Assembly (NCBI GenBank): GCA_015680685.1
Contig: MNCI01001817.1
Coordinates: forward strand, 2,634-66,633
Length of the DNA: 64,000 bases
From: Gnetum montanum
Lineage: Eukaryota; Plantae; Gnetophyta
Direction: 5' to 3'
Below are positions 39,801-54,800 of this stretch, piece by piece. The notes under the pieces are model-generated. The model had not been told where the DNA came from. It saw only the letters and a list, made by a program, of their open reading frames with translations, and made no database searches. The position numbers and the translations under genes are program-made. Numbering within the stretch: position 1 is the stretch's first letter; the number at the start of each line of letters is the position of its first letter.

Positions 39801-42800
39801 ATATGTATCATGAGCAGTTTCAAGGTTTTTGGCACTTCAAGTGCATATTTTTCTGCAAGGAGCAACACATTCTTGGGGAGCTCGTAGTACATTTTTCAAG
39901 AGCTCAACAATGCATTCTTCAACTCATTTTGAACCACTTTAGTAATCTATTTTAGACATTCTTTAGTTCATTTGTTTTATTTGACAGTGAATGAATATTG
40001 CAGTGTAGCTTATGTTTGAAATTTTCTGTAATGTATATGAGAGTATAAATAATTAGTTTATGTTGATGTTCATAGTTAATGCAAGATTGTTATATTAATA
40101 TTTTTAGAAATTTCAATTTTAAAGTTGAATATATGGTCTTTTGAAAATGGATTTTCAAATTTTTTTCTTCTTAATTGCATATACTTTTGAAAATGTGATT
40201 CCAAGTTGCAATTTGTGATCTGGAATCTTAGGAATTGAAAACGATCTACAGTCTGATCCGATCTTCATAAATTTGGGTGACACTGTAAACTATACCACAA
40301 GTCATGGTGAAGTTATGTGAAGTTTGCAGTGGAAAAAGGAACACAAATCAATTTGATTTTGAAATTATGTGATACATTGAATTCAAAGCTTTCTATCAGT
40401 GTGCAAAGGACAGATCAGTTGTCCAAAACAACATGAGCTTTGAAATTTGATGTATTTAGATTCAAACAAAGGGTTTTATGCCCTGCCTTTATGACATTGA
40501 GAAATTTAACATGAAATCAACTAGATCTAGATGTTTTTGCGCTTAGAATCAATATAAACATTCAGTTTCATGCCTCAAAGGCCTTGCAAACATTCAAATG
40601 ACAAGTGATTGTGAGATCAATTGGTATTGAGAGTGGGTTCAAAGAAGATCCACAAGCATCTCCTTCAAACCCTGAAACTTGAAAATCAGAATGTTATAGC
40701 TTAGATCTATGTAAGAAATTTATGATTTTTGCAAGATTCGAATCATAAATGCTTGATTTATATTCCGAATTTCCTATATCTGTTGATATTAAATTGAAAA
40801 TCAACATGCATGTAAACATATGTGAGATAAAATTTGAATTATGTGAGAATTAAGAGAGTAATTTGAAAACATTGAGAGATTGTAAAATCTCTTGGGATAT
40901 TTAAGACAATTGTGAGATGTATGAGATTGAAATTTGAGCTGATGCATTGTGAGAACTCAGCAGCATTTCATTTTGATTCTTTTCTAAAAATCTGAATAAT
41001 GAACACTCTTCTTCAGATCTCATCATCTACCAAGTGTCTTTTTGACCTCTATTTATAGTTTTAGAGAGAGGAGAAACTTACCACAAATGACATCATTACA
41101 TCATGAGGACTAAAGATATATTTGTATGGTTGACAAGCCAATGGATGGACAATTCCTTTTTCGTAGAACTGTAGCTCCTAGCTTGCATCTATTGAAGTAT
41201 ACTTTTCTTTGTCGTTTCCTTAGAGATTTTTGAATCTTCAATGATGTCCTTTTGATTGATGATGTTTTCCTTGAATTTGCTAGCGTTCACCTTTATATGA
41301 AAGTGTGTAAGGTTTGTAACATTAAAAGCACAAGAAATAGAAAGAGCTTTAGGTAACAAGAGTTTAAAGGCATTATTATTTACTTGTATTTTAAATGGAC
41401 CGATTCTCCTTTGTTTTAATTTGGAAAAGTTGTTTTTTTTGGGAAAAATGTTCGAGTGATATTATTCCAAAAAGAAGATGTACACATGTACAAAGTGGAT
41501 CATTGACCCTAGTCCACAAATACCCCATCCACATGACTCAGCGGTCACCTGCAATATTTCTGGTGAGCACCCACATGCTTGTGTAGTGCAGACACCTTGC
41601 GTCGCCCAAGAACCCACAACCCAAGGTCACAACCCAGCAACAAAAAATGAGGTGGACCAAACACAACAACCCCCACTAGCACCAGGAGCCCCCTCCCCTT
41701 AGTGGCTAGGCCGCACAACGCTACCGGGACGCGTCTAGCCTTGAACCACTACGTCTCGTAGTCTCGGCCAGCTATGACCTAGACCCCATGCTCTCAACCG
41801 TAGCCAAGGTCTCAGATGCAGCCATGCCAGCCGCAACTTGCTAAACCATTGTCCCAAGCCCAAGTGCCAATCGTTGATGGTTCTCTTCTCTGAGTTGTGC
41901 TAGGCTTGTCCAGTGCTCTGTGATCCTTGCTTCCATCCACTGGAGGTCTTGCAAGCGTGAGGCGTTTGCTTCCCTTTAGGCCTCTTGCCTCATGTTCTCC
42001 CACCTGAGTTGCCACTGTGCGCACTCCTCCAAGCACACTTGCTTGGCAGCTAGGCAACACTCTTCCAGCAGTGTGCTACCGTTGGCGCTTCGCTCTTGTA
42101 CTGGCTCCATGATTGTAGACAGGCCTAAAACTTCGTCCCCACCCAACTCAGGGCCCTGGCTATCCTGCATCTACACACTGGTAGCCTGTCGGTGGTGCTG
42201 TTGCCGTTGATGCACAAGTGGTGGCATTGGGTGGGCGATTTGCACACCTCCATGCCAAAGCACAAGAATCACCTCTGGGTGCTGCCCCAGCCGTTGCCTT
42301 CAAAGGGATTCCTAGAAAAATTGGGGTAGATGGACAGGGGAACCTTGTCGAAGATGCTTGAGGAAGGTGAAATGCACCCCCACAAGTTTGTGGGGGTACC
42401 CGGATTGGACAAAATACCTCTCCACTAGGAGCGCTGCGTCCCTCCAAACACCTTGCAATCCAGACTTCTGATGTGCCTGCTAGCAGTCCTGGGAAGAACA
42501 TCATCACGTCAGTCTGTGCTCGTGCAACTGGTGCCACAATCTCCCCTTCAGCCTCCACCCCTAGCGCAGCAGCTGATGCCTATATAGTTACTTCAATCCT
42601 CTTGCCCCTGTACTGCATAGTGTCTCCCACCCAGTTGTCATAGAATTGTTGTGTGGGCAAGTTTGGTTCACCTTCCAAGCATTTAAGCTTCTCCACCCAC
42701 CCCATCCTTTCAACTAACATCCATAGCTCGGGTAGTCTGAAGCATCCTATCCATGATGGCTTGAATAATAGCTGTTGTTCCATGACCTCAGTTGCCTTAG

Positions 42801-45800
42801 TTCATAGCATGCATGCCTCGCGGACCACCGTCATGGCCATAGGGAGCCGCTACCCTCGAAAAATTAGGGAATTCCTACGTTTCCACAAGACCCACAATGT
42901 GGCAAGTTGTACAGAATCCCCATGGAACCTCGTTGTTTGGGAGAGATTTGTAGCCCACCACACGTCTTGAGAAAAATGACACCCATATATTAAATGGTAT
43001 AGCATTTTGGGCGTTGTGTGACAGCGCGGATAGTTGGCATCTATCCGTAACCCCTGCTCTCTCAACATGGCCCTCATTGGCAGTGCCTTGTGCTTGAGGA
43101 GCCAACCAAATGCCTTGACCTTCTCAAGGAGATGACCTTTCCATAACTCTGCCCACCCCTATTCTTGCGGGTATAGGAATTTGACTAGCTCCTTTAGGTG
43201 TTGTGCTAATAAGCCAAGCTACTCCATCATACCAACATGGCAACAAAAGTGTTTCCAGAGCTGGGAGCACTTTGGCTGAGACTCCTAGTGCCTGTACTTT
43301 TGTTGCAGAATTTGAACCCACGGTGCTGCTTCTGCATTTTGCCCCATATACTTGTTCAGCAGACGGTGCATGCCCAAGGCCATCTCATCTCCAAACCATA
43401 AAATGCCAATGCTCCCTGCTAGTTTGGGACACGCTGTCACCGTCCATGACACCAAATGCATCTTCCTACCCCCTTTGCTACCTGACCACACGAACTCCCT
43501 CACAATACCATCAATTTTTGTATCACCATGGCAATGCCTGTATCACCATGGCCAGCGGCATTGCCATAGATGCCACAAACTAGGCAATTGCCATCAGAAC
43601 TGTTGTAGCAAGCACCATCTTCCCTTTCGGGGATAGAATCGGCCAGTCCAAAGCATGATTTGCTGCTGAACCCACTCCACCAATCCCTCCCAAGTCCTCC
43701 ATTGTTTCCAGTCAAAGATAGGCATGCCCAAGTATGTGTCGTGGGCATGGCCTGGTAGAATGCCCAATGTTTGGATAATCTTGGCCTGCACCGTTCCATC
43801 CATGTGAATGAAGTAAATGGCAGACTTCCCTTTATTAACTTCGAGCCGTACCTCATGTTGCATCCTTGCCTTCACCCGTAACAGAGCCGTAGCTTGCAAC
43901 ATTGCAGCCCTGGAGAAGACCGTTGTATCATCTGCATAGTGGGTTGCCAGATTGTGCACCCTAGCGATATGGATTCCCTGGACACCTTCGGCGAGGCAAT
44001 AACCTTTGAACAAATCCATGACGATGATAAAGAGGAGCGGTGACAACGGATCGCCTTGCCTCAATCCATGCCCTGTTTTAGCAAACCCGCAAAGCCTCCT
44101 ATTGATGTTAAGAGAGTAGCGGCTGCTCCGCTGCATTTGAATACATAGATTGACAAACTTGGCATCAAACCCTTTGTCCATCATCATCATCCTAAGCACT
44201 GCCTAGCTCACTATGTCATAGGCCTTGGTGATGTCTAGTTTAATGCACATTCCTGGAAATCTAGTTGCCCTAACCAAGTGTAGGATCTCCTGCAAGAGCA
44301 ACACTTAGTCCTGTAGAAAATGTCCCCTAATAAACCTAGCCTAATGTGCCCCAACCAACTTCCCCATTAGCGGCGCAAGGTGCCCAACCAACATCTTGGA
44401 AAATACTTGTAGGAGAGTGTTGCAAACCCTGATGGGTCAGAAATGTCCCGGTGATGATGGGTTAGGAACCTTGGGTAACAACACCACCCTTGAGCAATTA
44501 ATTTCCCTCTTGACTTGTTGCTAGCTAAGCATACTATTGTACGTGTCCAGTAGATTGGGTCCTAGGATATCTTCATACGCCCTAAAAAATTCGATTGGCC
44601 ATCCATCTGGTCCCAAGGCCTTGTTAGATTACATCGATTTCATAGCCCGCTGCAGTTTAGGATGCAACAACTATAAGTTATCTGCACTTGTAAGGATCCG
44701 CGGGATTTGCAAAGAGATAGGTTCCGTGGCCTGCCACCTCCATATGTCTCCCCAAAACTCCTGTAGGGCTTCCAACCCCCTCTTGCGGCTTTGTGGGCCT
44801 CCCCCACCGATGCCCTCCAGCAAGCACTGCAGTTTGTTCTTGTGGGCCCGATTGTGTTTGGCCGTGGCAAAGAAGAAACATGTGTGCTTGTCCCCTTCCT
44901 GTAACCAAGTCACCCTCGACTGTTCTCGCTAGTAGCTCTCTTGCTCCTTGTCAAGCTCCTGGAGTTCCCTAAGCATCTCATGGTCTTCAATGTCCCAGGC
45001 GACCCCTGTTTCTTGCAACCTTTGGATTTCCCGTAGTTCCTTTTGCACGTGTTGCTTGTACCCTCAAAAGCTATACTTGTCATCGGTTGCTTTGGCCTTG
45101 ATGCCAATTTTTAGAGCTCGCACACCATCTCTCAAGAACTGCCGGGGCTCCTACGTCCTAGTATAATTTTGCTAGATATCGGCTACCATCAATTTCAGCT
45201 AGGCCTTGTGCAATTAGGACCTCTCAAATCGGAATGGTCGGGGCTCTCGACCCTCCTATGACTGGAACTGGCATAGAATGGACCGGTGGTTCGAGGCCTA
45301 CTACTTCTTTTCCTCTGTCGTAATGTCAAACTCTAGCATGAGGCCCTCACTCACCCATACTCACCCATATCTAATCAATCCTGGACTGAACGCGATCCAT
45401 GCCCCTCTAACGGCTACTGCAAGTGAATTTACATCTTAGGATCTCTAGGTCAATCAACTCATATTGATGAAGGAACTCGATGCATGCCTTAGCCCTTGGA
45501 GGATCTGTGCAATCGTTTCCAGATTTCTCCTAGCAATGGAGCCTCTAATTGAAATCCCCCAACAACATCCATCTGGTGGTATTGGGGATGACCCCCTACC
45601 ACACGTTGGAGTTCCTAAACCCAGGTCTCCCAAATCTGCGCCCTGTAAAAATTTGTGAGTGAGTGAGCCACTTGCAGCATGTAAATGGTTTGACTTCAAT
45701 CTTGGCCAGAATGGCCAGTCCTCCCACGTGGTCCTTGCTGGGCACTCTGTGGGTACTCCATCCCTCCCAATTTAGCATCTTCCATTCAGTCATTTGAACC

Positions 45801-48800
45801 TTTGTTTCCTATAAGTAGACCACATCACATCTTGCCTCCCTAACCATCATTCGCAGGGTATTTCTTTTGTACAGGGTACCCTAGCCCTGACAGTTCCATG
45901 TGAGGATCTTCATGGAGATGTAGACACATGTCTGTGATACACCTCTTGTAGCATCCGTTGCACTCCCAAATCTAGATCCAATTGTGGATTTCTTGCGTGT
46001 TGTTGTCTTATCGGGCTGCCCAATCTTGCTTTTTGGCCGAAGGACCACTGCTTCGACTAGGCCCTCCGTTTGCCTGGTCTGTATGTCCTTCCCTTTCGGC
46101 TTGGTAGAGCCTTGTCTCACTGTTATCCATTCCCCCAATGGGGGTAACTCTAGTGTTGTGGCCGGCGGCTCAATTGCCTGTTGAGCTGGTGGAGTGCGGG
46201 GAGAGCTAGGGACCTCCCTGTGGCCCCCCAGTCCCCCACTTGGCAGTGGGTCTTTTGTACCTTCCTCCACTTGAGGCAGCTGATTCTCCTTCGTCTGTCT
46301 CTGTCCACCCCCCTCCCCTTGCAGTTTTGGAATGTGGGTGTTTATGTTGTGGTCCCCCATCTCCCATTGAGGTTGACCCTTGCTTCTAGATCTTGCCCTT
46401 TCGGCCCATGAGACTCCAGTCCTGAGCAACCTCAGTTGGTCCTCGGCAGCATTCTGACTCGGGATGCCCTTTCTCGTAGGTCTTACATATCGGAGGCTCC
46501 TCCTTGTGCACTGTCGACAGGTTTTCAAATTTAACTTAGATCCTTTCTTCCCCTCTTGCTGTGTTCAACATGACCTTTGCAACCCTATCCTCTGACCATA
46601 GCGACCACTAGATGCAGAAGCGGGTGTATCCCATCTGGTCCATGCACTTTGTAAAGGCGTCAAACTTGATGAACTCTCCAAAGAGCCCCGCTAGGGACTT
46701 CATAAACCTTGGTTCCTAGTATTCCAAAGGCAAATCAAACAGCCAGATCTAGACCGGTGTGCCCTAGGTCTCCAGGGAGCCAGGGCCAGCCCTTGGGCTT
46801 CATAGAACCATGGACCCCCCCCTTAGCAAAACCCTGTCCCTTTTTTCCATTGTTGGAAAACTAAATAGCAGCTGGTAGTCCACCAGACTCCAGATGTGGA
46901 CATCCTCCAACCCCCAGGCCATGCAGACCCACTTTTGGATGAGTTCCATGCATAGTCGTACTCCTTTGGAAATAAATTTGCCAAGCAGACTTCGCTCCAG
47001 TTCTTGCACGACCTCCTCAAGCAGATGCCCCACCTTGATCCGCATTACTACCTTGTCCCTTGAATTGGCATCAAAATTGGAGCCATCACCTGCCTTTGAG
47101 GGCACTCTGACCCTCGTTTCTTGCGTTGCATCATCCACGTTCACCTGGCCCTACGTGGGCCCATCCGTGGTCCCATTGACACTCTTGCTCGTGACAACCA
47201 TCATAGTTGTCGCTCCTGCAGCTGCTCCTGCTGACTCTTGTGCTCCCCCCATCCAATATTTCCAATGAACTAACTTTCATCTCTTAATTTGGAGAAGTTG
47301 ATTCGCTTTAGGCTCTCCTTTTTAAACTGTAAGTAAACATAATATCCTAGTGGAAAATTTGGCTTCATCTTCCTTCATTCTAGGATATAACAACTAACTC
47401 GTTTGTGCTTGGTGTCTTCTTTGCACTTGATCATGTAGTTCATGCATATGGTTCACAAAATATGAACTTAACGATGGACAATTTTTAAATTTTTTTAAAT
47501 TAGCAACCATCTTAGGTTAGTGTCCATACTTGGCTTCAAAAGATGAATTGTTTAAACTAGAATGATAATCATGGTTGCCTTTATCCAACAACATGTGCTA
47601 AACCATTAAATTAGGCAGATGATTTGACAATAAATTTTTAGGGCTGCTGTCTACTTGATATCCTTGAATGCATATTGTTAGGGATATGTATTTTAGTATA
47701 TTCCTTGTAATTGAAGTTGTGACTTGCACAACTACAAATGACATTCTCTAACCAGTTGAACTCAACCTCATTGATTTGCCCAAACTAGATTGGTATGAGT
47801 TATTGTTGCAAAACTCAGTATGAGATAAGCAAAATTTTCCATTTTTCATGTTGATTGTCAAAGACATCTCAGAATGGTTAACATGGCTTTTTTCTCTGCT
47901 TCAGTTTGTCATTTCATTGAGGACAATAGCCAGTTGAGCAATTGAGTTTTGTGTCTAAAAATCTTCACAAGGGTTTCCAAAAACGATCAGTAAATCTTAC
48001 ATCGCTATCTTTAACAGTGTTCATTGGAATTTTATGCAACCTATCAACCTCTTTAGAAACATGAGTTCCATTATTAGCGTTTCTACAAAGAATTAAATGA
48101 GCGATCTTGTAATTGAAGTTGTGACTTGCACAACTACAAATGACATTCTCTAACCAATTGAACTCAACCTCATTGATTTGCCCAAACTAGATTGGTATGA
48201 GTTATTGTTGCAAAACTCAGTATAAGATAAGCAAAATTTTCCATTGTTCATGTTGATCGTCAAAGACATCTCAGAATGGTTAACATGGCTTTATTCTCTA
48301 CTTCAGTTTGTTATTTCATTGAGGATGATAACTAGTTGAGCAATTGAATTTTGTGTCTAAAAATCTTCACAAGGGTTTCCAAAAAACGATCAGTAAATCT
48401 TACATCACTATCTTTAACAGTGTTCATTGGGATTTTATGCAACCTATCAACCTCTTTAGAAACATGAGTTCCATTATTAGTGTTTCTACAAAGAATTTAA
48501 TGAGCGATCTTGTAATTGAAGTTGTGACTTGCACAGCTACAAATGACATTCTCTAACTAGTTGAACTCAACCTCATTGATTTGCCCAAACTAGATTGGTA
48601 TGAGTTATTGTTGCAAAACTCAGTATGAGATAAGCAAAATTTTCCATTGTTCATGTTGGTTGTCAAAGACATCTCAGAATGGTTAACATGGCTTTATTCT
48701 CTACTTCAGGTTGTCATTTCATTGAGGACGATAACCAGTTGAGCAATTGAATTTTGTGTCTAAAAATCCCTCGAGTTCCGGATTGGGCTAAGCCTTTTCA

Positions 48801-51800
48801 CATTATGACAAATGTTGTAAACTATGCATTGGGGGCAGTACATACTCAATTGGATGAACAAAAATATATATTGCACCAGTTGAAGCATCATTGGGGCACA
48901 ACTCAACTACACCACCACAAAAAGGAGCTTATGGTTGTGGTGTATGCGCTTGATAAATTCAGACACTGTGCTTGGTTATCTTATTTATGTCTATATTGAT
49001 CATAGTGCCATCAGATTTTTAATGAACAAACCAACGGTCAGTCCTACAGTGATAAGATGGCTTGTTATCCTACAAGTGTTTGACATTTACCATGATTGAT
49101 AAGAAAGGGACTGAAAATGTTGTAGCAGATCATTTATTAAGACTTAGATGGGAATTCCAATAATGTGAATATCACCCTATGTTATCAAATCATTGAAAGA
49201 CTGATTGTATATGTAGTGAGACCACATCATCCATCCACTCATTTCCAATAATAAGAGGTTCTTACCATGGACATAATGACATTCTTTCACAATAAAACTA
49301 AAATAAACCTGTGACCATTATGTCTGGATAGAAAAGTGAAGAACCAAGTGGGAATGAAAAGGGTGTGACATCAAGGGTATTTGTGAATTCATTAAGACTA
49401 CTACAATAGGTCTTATCTTGATGTTAAGTTGTATTATTAATTTGAGTTCTAATGAAAAATGGAAGTATGTCTAAAATAAGTGCTACCTTACCATGTCACT
49501 AGAAAGACATGTTACCCATGCCTGAAGGTGGTCCTTTGTTAAGGTTGACACATTAATAATCTAATAAATGCATGGAATAAAAATTTGTGGGAGTTCCACT
49601 AGAAAGACATGTTACCCATGCCTTAAGGCACCCCTTTGTCCAATGACCAAGTCTCCTTTAAAATAAGTGTGCTATTAATAAATTGCTTTCTTGAAATTCA
49701 TTGCCAAGTGGTAATACCCCTTGCAGTTGCGGTAGTCTTGTGGTTGTTAGTTTTGAAATGATACAATGTGGTGTCACTGGTAAGCGGTATGGACTTGGTT
49801 TGGATCTTGGACGGAAGGGCTAATGATTACTTTAACCATGCATCACACACAAAATTCATTATGCCTATGGTATGATACCTCATGTCCCATTTTCTGCAAT
49901 CCATGCTACTCCAATTTCACCTCATTGTTATATACAATCATAATTTAATGGTTTTGTATAATCTAGTGTTATTTTCTCATTAAGGCAATACTAATATGTG
50001 TGTCTTGGAAGACAAGTATGTTTTACATTCAACTCCTTGAGTGCCTGTGGACACTTGTAGGTGTAGTTATACAAGGGCACTAAAGGTTGGAGCACTAAAG
50101 GTTGGAGCCTGCTTTGGGGAGGATCCACTTGTATAACTTTTGTGCTTCATACTTGATGACCAATTCCACATCATCTTCTGTCTCTAGAACACTTAAATAA
50201 CCATTGTTTCTTTCCTATCTACTTATCTTCCATCATACATTCAGCAAATCTTACCATCTCCAATAAACCTAATCGACTTACTGTGCCCGAGATTCTTTCT
50301 TTCACATACTTTCGATAATAAATTCTTATATTCCAAGCATCACCTATTACTAAGAACCATTTGGATCACCTTTATACCTTTCAGACTATACATTTCATTC
50401 AATATGACGTTGCATCTACGTTGTTGCTGCCACGAAAAACTATATATATGCACGAGGAGTTACAAATTTTTCATTCTTCTCATTTGATGCATAGGGAGTT
50501 TATGCCATTTTTCTAACCCTTTGGCAACCAAGCTTCCAAGTTTTATAACTTCCTCACAATAGCTCTGATTTGCACGATTCTTTAATCCTCTTGATCACAG
50601 AGTGACCAACTTAGTCATGGGCAATAGTGCTATGCATAGTGGTGCAATTTGAACAAAGATTTTCTAACACTTGGAAGAACACATTAAGGGTAAGAACCAT
50701 AACAAGTAATCACATTTTAATTAAAATACTCAAATAAAAGCCAATAGACCTAACTATTCTTCCTAATTAACCATTCCAATACATATTAAACAAGAATATA
50801 ACCAGTGTGAGAGGTCATAAGGAACTAACTTGTAGATAATACATTAGAAGATCCAACAGTTAAGGGTTTCTTTTCAAAATTTTTCTAAACCTTGCAATCC
50901 TAATAAGAGCTAAAAAGTAATAGCGAGGATTATGAACCATTATGAACTTATTTGAAATCCTTGGGTAATCATATATGAATTCTTTATGATTGTAGATGGC
51001 TCCTAAAAGACCCATAGCGGAAGGACCCTTACAACAAAGGGGCAAAAAACCTAGAGGAAGAGGACAAGCTGGAGAGTAGACTTCACAAGTTGAGCATTCT
51101 TGTAGCTTATTTGAAATGGAAGCCACTCCAAGTTTTCCTCTAATGTTTGTATTGTGTAGGTTATCTCTTTTGGTAACTTTCAACATCTATTGAAGCATTT
51201 GCATTTCTGCCACACTGATTTGTTGTTTGTGCCTCTTTTGTAGTGTCTAACATTTAACACCATATAAGATAGTAGACCAAACTCTCCTATAAACTTTCTC
51301 CTTTTAATTTATTGGTATTTTTTTATCACATAGAAAACCACCAGCTGATCTCCATTTCGACCATCCTGCCTCAATTCTATTTCTTATATCTTTATCAATT
51401 CCACCATTTGATTAGAGGATTGTTCCTAGGTAGTGGAATTGTTTGTAATGAGGAACTTTTTTGCCTTGAATTGTCACTTATATTTCACCAATTTTTATGT
51501 TATTAAAATTGCATTCCATATACTTTAAAGCATGTCTCTAACTTCTCCATTTTAAAAGCAATATTTTTTTTTGCATTGTGTCCATCAATATAATATCACT
51601 TCCAAATAGCATACACCAAGGGATTTCATCTTCTATTTCCTTTATTAATTCATCCATAATAATGACAAATAAGTATGGGTTGAGTGCAGACCCTTGATGT
51701 AGACTTACTGTGACTAAAAAATTAAATGTCCTTCCACAAACTATTCTAATTTTAGGAGTAGCTTTTTTCATACATGTTTTGAAACACTTGAACGTATTTA

Positions 51801-54800
51801 TCATGGATGTTTTTTCTCTGCAAGGCACACCAAATAATATCTCTAGGCACTCTATCATATGCTTTTTTTAAGTCAATGAAGATCATATGTAGATTTTTTC
51901 TATGTTTTCTGAATTTCTGCATCAATTGTTGTATTAAGAAATAACATTTATAGTAGATCTCCTTGGCATAAATCCAAACACTGTTGATTCAAGTCTGAAG
52001 CTTTTTGGTAATAGTATAGTCCTCTTACAGCTGCACATCCTGATCCTACCAAATATCTGTTATGATAAAACAAATGGGAGTGAGATACAGGCTTAGTAAG
52101 GATTAACTTCTCACATCTGCCTACAGCCATGGGTAGATGCAAGACATTGTTTGAACAAAAAATGACTGTCATGGCTCCAAGAAGAAGATTTGTCTGTAAA
52201 CCACAATCTTGAATCAGCATTTCACATTCTATGATAATCAGTGATTTCAACAACTGCACAAGTAGAGGAAAAAACCAAACATGTACTCTAACAAAGAGTT
52301 CTTTCACTCAACATCTATTAATCCACACAATGCTCATTTGTTATTGGTGCCTGTTGGCCAACCAGATTCCCCAAGTAAGAATGTGGTATCCTTATGTGTA
52401 CCCTGCATACACTCAAGAATCTCCATTACCTCAAACAGTATATGGTGGACCGGTTCTTCCCTACTTGTTGCCTCATGCCATGGTTTACGATCTTGCCTGG
52501 AGATCACTGCTTCAATCCGCATCTGTGTACCTACCAATAATACTTGTTACCTCATGTGGTGCTTTGCAAGGTTGAACAGACCAAGCACACTTTTAAAAAA
52601 CGCACTAATGTTTACAACAGGAACAAACAATTCTTATAGATTTTTACATGGATAGTTAGAATAGTAAAATGCAAAATTTATGGAAACTGCATTTGTAATT
52701 AGCAAAATTAAAACATTGTGACTTGGGTTTTGAGGTCAAGACTCTTAGCATTAAGCTATAAAAATGTAAAGGAAACTAGAATGTCATAGTCAATGGATAT
52801 CTACAACCCATTCAAAAATTTCAAGGTATCTAAGGGATCAAAGCTAAAAATCGTGTTCAGTATCAATAGAAGGGAGTAAATCCTCCTGGACAACTGTAGT
52901 TTTTTTCATCAGTCTACCGCAACAGCTACTCGTTCTTTTTTGTGAAGATCTTCTTGTCAATGTTTCAAAAATCATCAAATCTACAACTGTGTATGAGGAT
53001 CAGAAAACTCTTTTAACTGTCGTTAGAGAGCTTGTGCATGCTGGATATTCTAATATTAAGCATCATGCTTAGTATTCTAATCCTAAGTATCAAACTGGTA
53101 ACTATTTCTGAGCTAAATTCTAAAATAGTATGGTGCTTTCTGTTGATGAATTATCAATAATATTACTAGACAACCAGAAATGATTAGAATTTAATCTTAT
53201 AAAAAGCCTGACAACTGTCAAGCCAAAATAGCCATTTTCCAAACATATCAAGTTCTTTGAAGGTCAGAGAGGTAGAACTCCCTTGGTTAAAGCATGAAGC
53301 TTGTGATAATGCAAGTCATAGTTTTGAATCCAAAAGGGACTATGCTGATACATATGCCACATAGGGGCATGGTAAAAATATATGTTCAAAACTATGATAG
53401 ACATCTGGTAATAGAAAATTATCATAAGTTCATCTACCTACCTGAACAGTTTGTCCATGTTGTTGAGTTAAAGGCACTAGGATGATGATGATGCTTATTA
53501 AGCTGTATGACAGGTATACGTTATTTGCAAGAACCCAAACCATATTTCTAGGACCTACCAGGAATATGAAAAAGTTAAATGCTATCAAAAATTCCAGAGC
53601 ACATTGTTCTTGCAAATAACATATACTTTTTGGTGAGGCAAATGCTATCTTCAGTATTAAAGTGAAGAGCAAATACATATGTGAGCACTGATGACGTACA
53701 AGATTGATCATCCCTTTTTATGTAATCATATACCATGCTATACATGAGGACTAAGAAGATATGATCATATGTTTATTTGAGACCAATGAACATTAATTGT
53801 AATGTTCACTTTTTTTAATTCATCACTAGGATGCTTAATGCTCATTTTGCTAAGGGGCTCTTAAGAGGGTTGGCATACAAGTGAAAGGTTAACCTTTTTT
53901 TGAGTGACTGCACCCAAGCTCAAACCCAAGGCTTACAACTTGAGCAATGAGCACCTTACCATCACTCCAGATGATGGCTTAAGAGTAAATGTTCAACTAA
54001 AGTTGACTCCATCATTACTTCTAGCATAAAGTCTTGATGAAGAAAGATTTGTCAAGAGAGAGACCAACTTGAAAAGATCAACTATGATATTTTCCTCATT
54101 TCTCTTCGAATTGATTGAGCACAAATATATTNCCTATGTCCCATCCCTATTAACTTTGTCCCTTCCTTGGCACTACTTTCTTGCAGCATGTCCCCTAACA
54201 TCAGCAATCAAACATGAGACCAATATGTTAAAAATCTTTGCTCAAAGTACTAGAACAAATCTCTCTCAAAAAAATCCATATTCAAAGAGAAAAATCAAAA
54301 CTTTAAATCCCATCTAATTATCAATTTGCTTGATGAATCCTCCAAGCGTTTGTTATTATTTGTTGAAGAGCTATTATTTCTTGAAGAGCTCACATTACAA
54401 TTGCTATTCACACTTGGTGGCATATCAAAACTCTCCCTCGCCTATCGNGCTGAGAAAGAGATGGGTATGTACATCTCGTTGCTTGTCTTAGAAAGCTGTC
54501 TTGAGGCAATACATCAGAGGATGAAATAACGTTAGTGCAAGCCATGAAGATGACGGAATCAAGCATTGTGCCTGAGAGGAATAAGAGGAAGTTTCTGATG
54601 TGGTGTTGAAGAATGAGTGTACCTGCAAGCAAACACAGGCAGATGGAGAGAAGTGGGAAGTAGAGGAGAAGGGAGCGATATTGCCTATACACCTGTTACA
54701 GGGATGATGTTGTGCCACCAAAGTGGGGACATGGCTGTATCTGCCACATATGAGATTATATGTGATGTGGTCCCTTACGCACTTAACACTTATCACATGG

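Larger units (their letters stand above)
41433..47283 (-). mobile_element. Full-length L1-clade LINE with extended ORF2
   Basis: 17-bp TSD TTAATTTGGARAAGTTG (41416-41432, 47284-47300); A8 tail at 41433-41440; ORF1 and ORF2 motifs; GC-rich compared with flanks. Confidence 0.95.

Noticed and set aside
51948-52655. Cluster of 70-125 aa ORFs
   Set aside because: No recognisable motif and no consistent exon chain.
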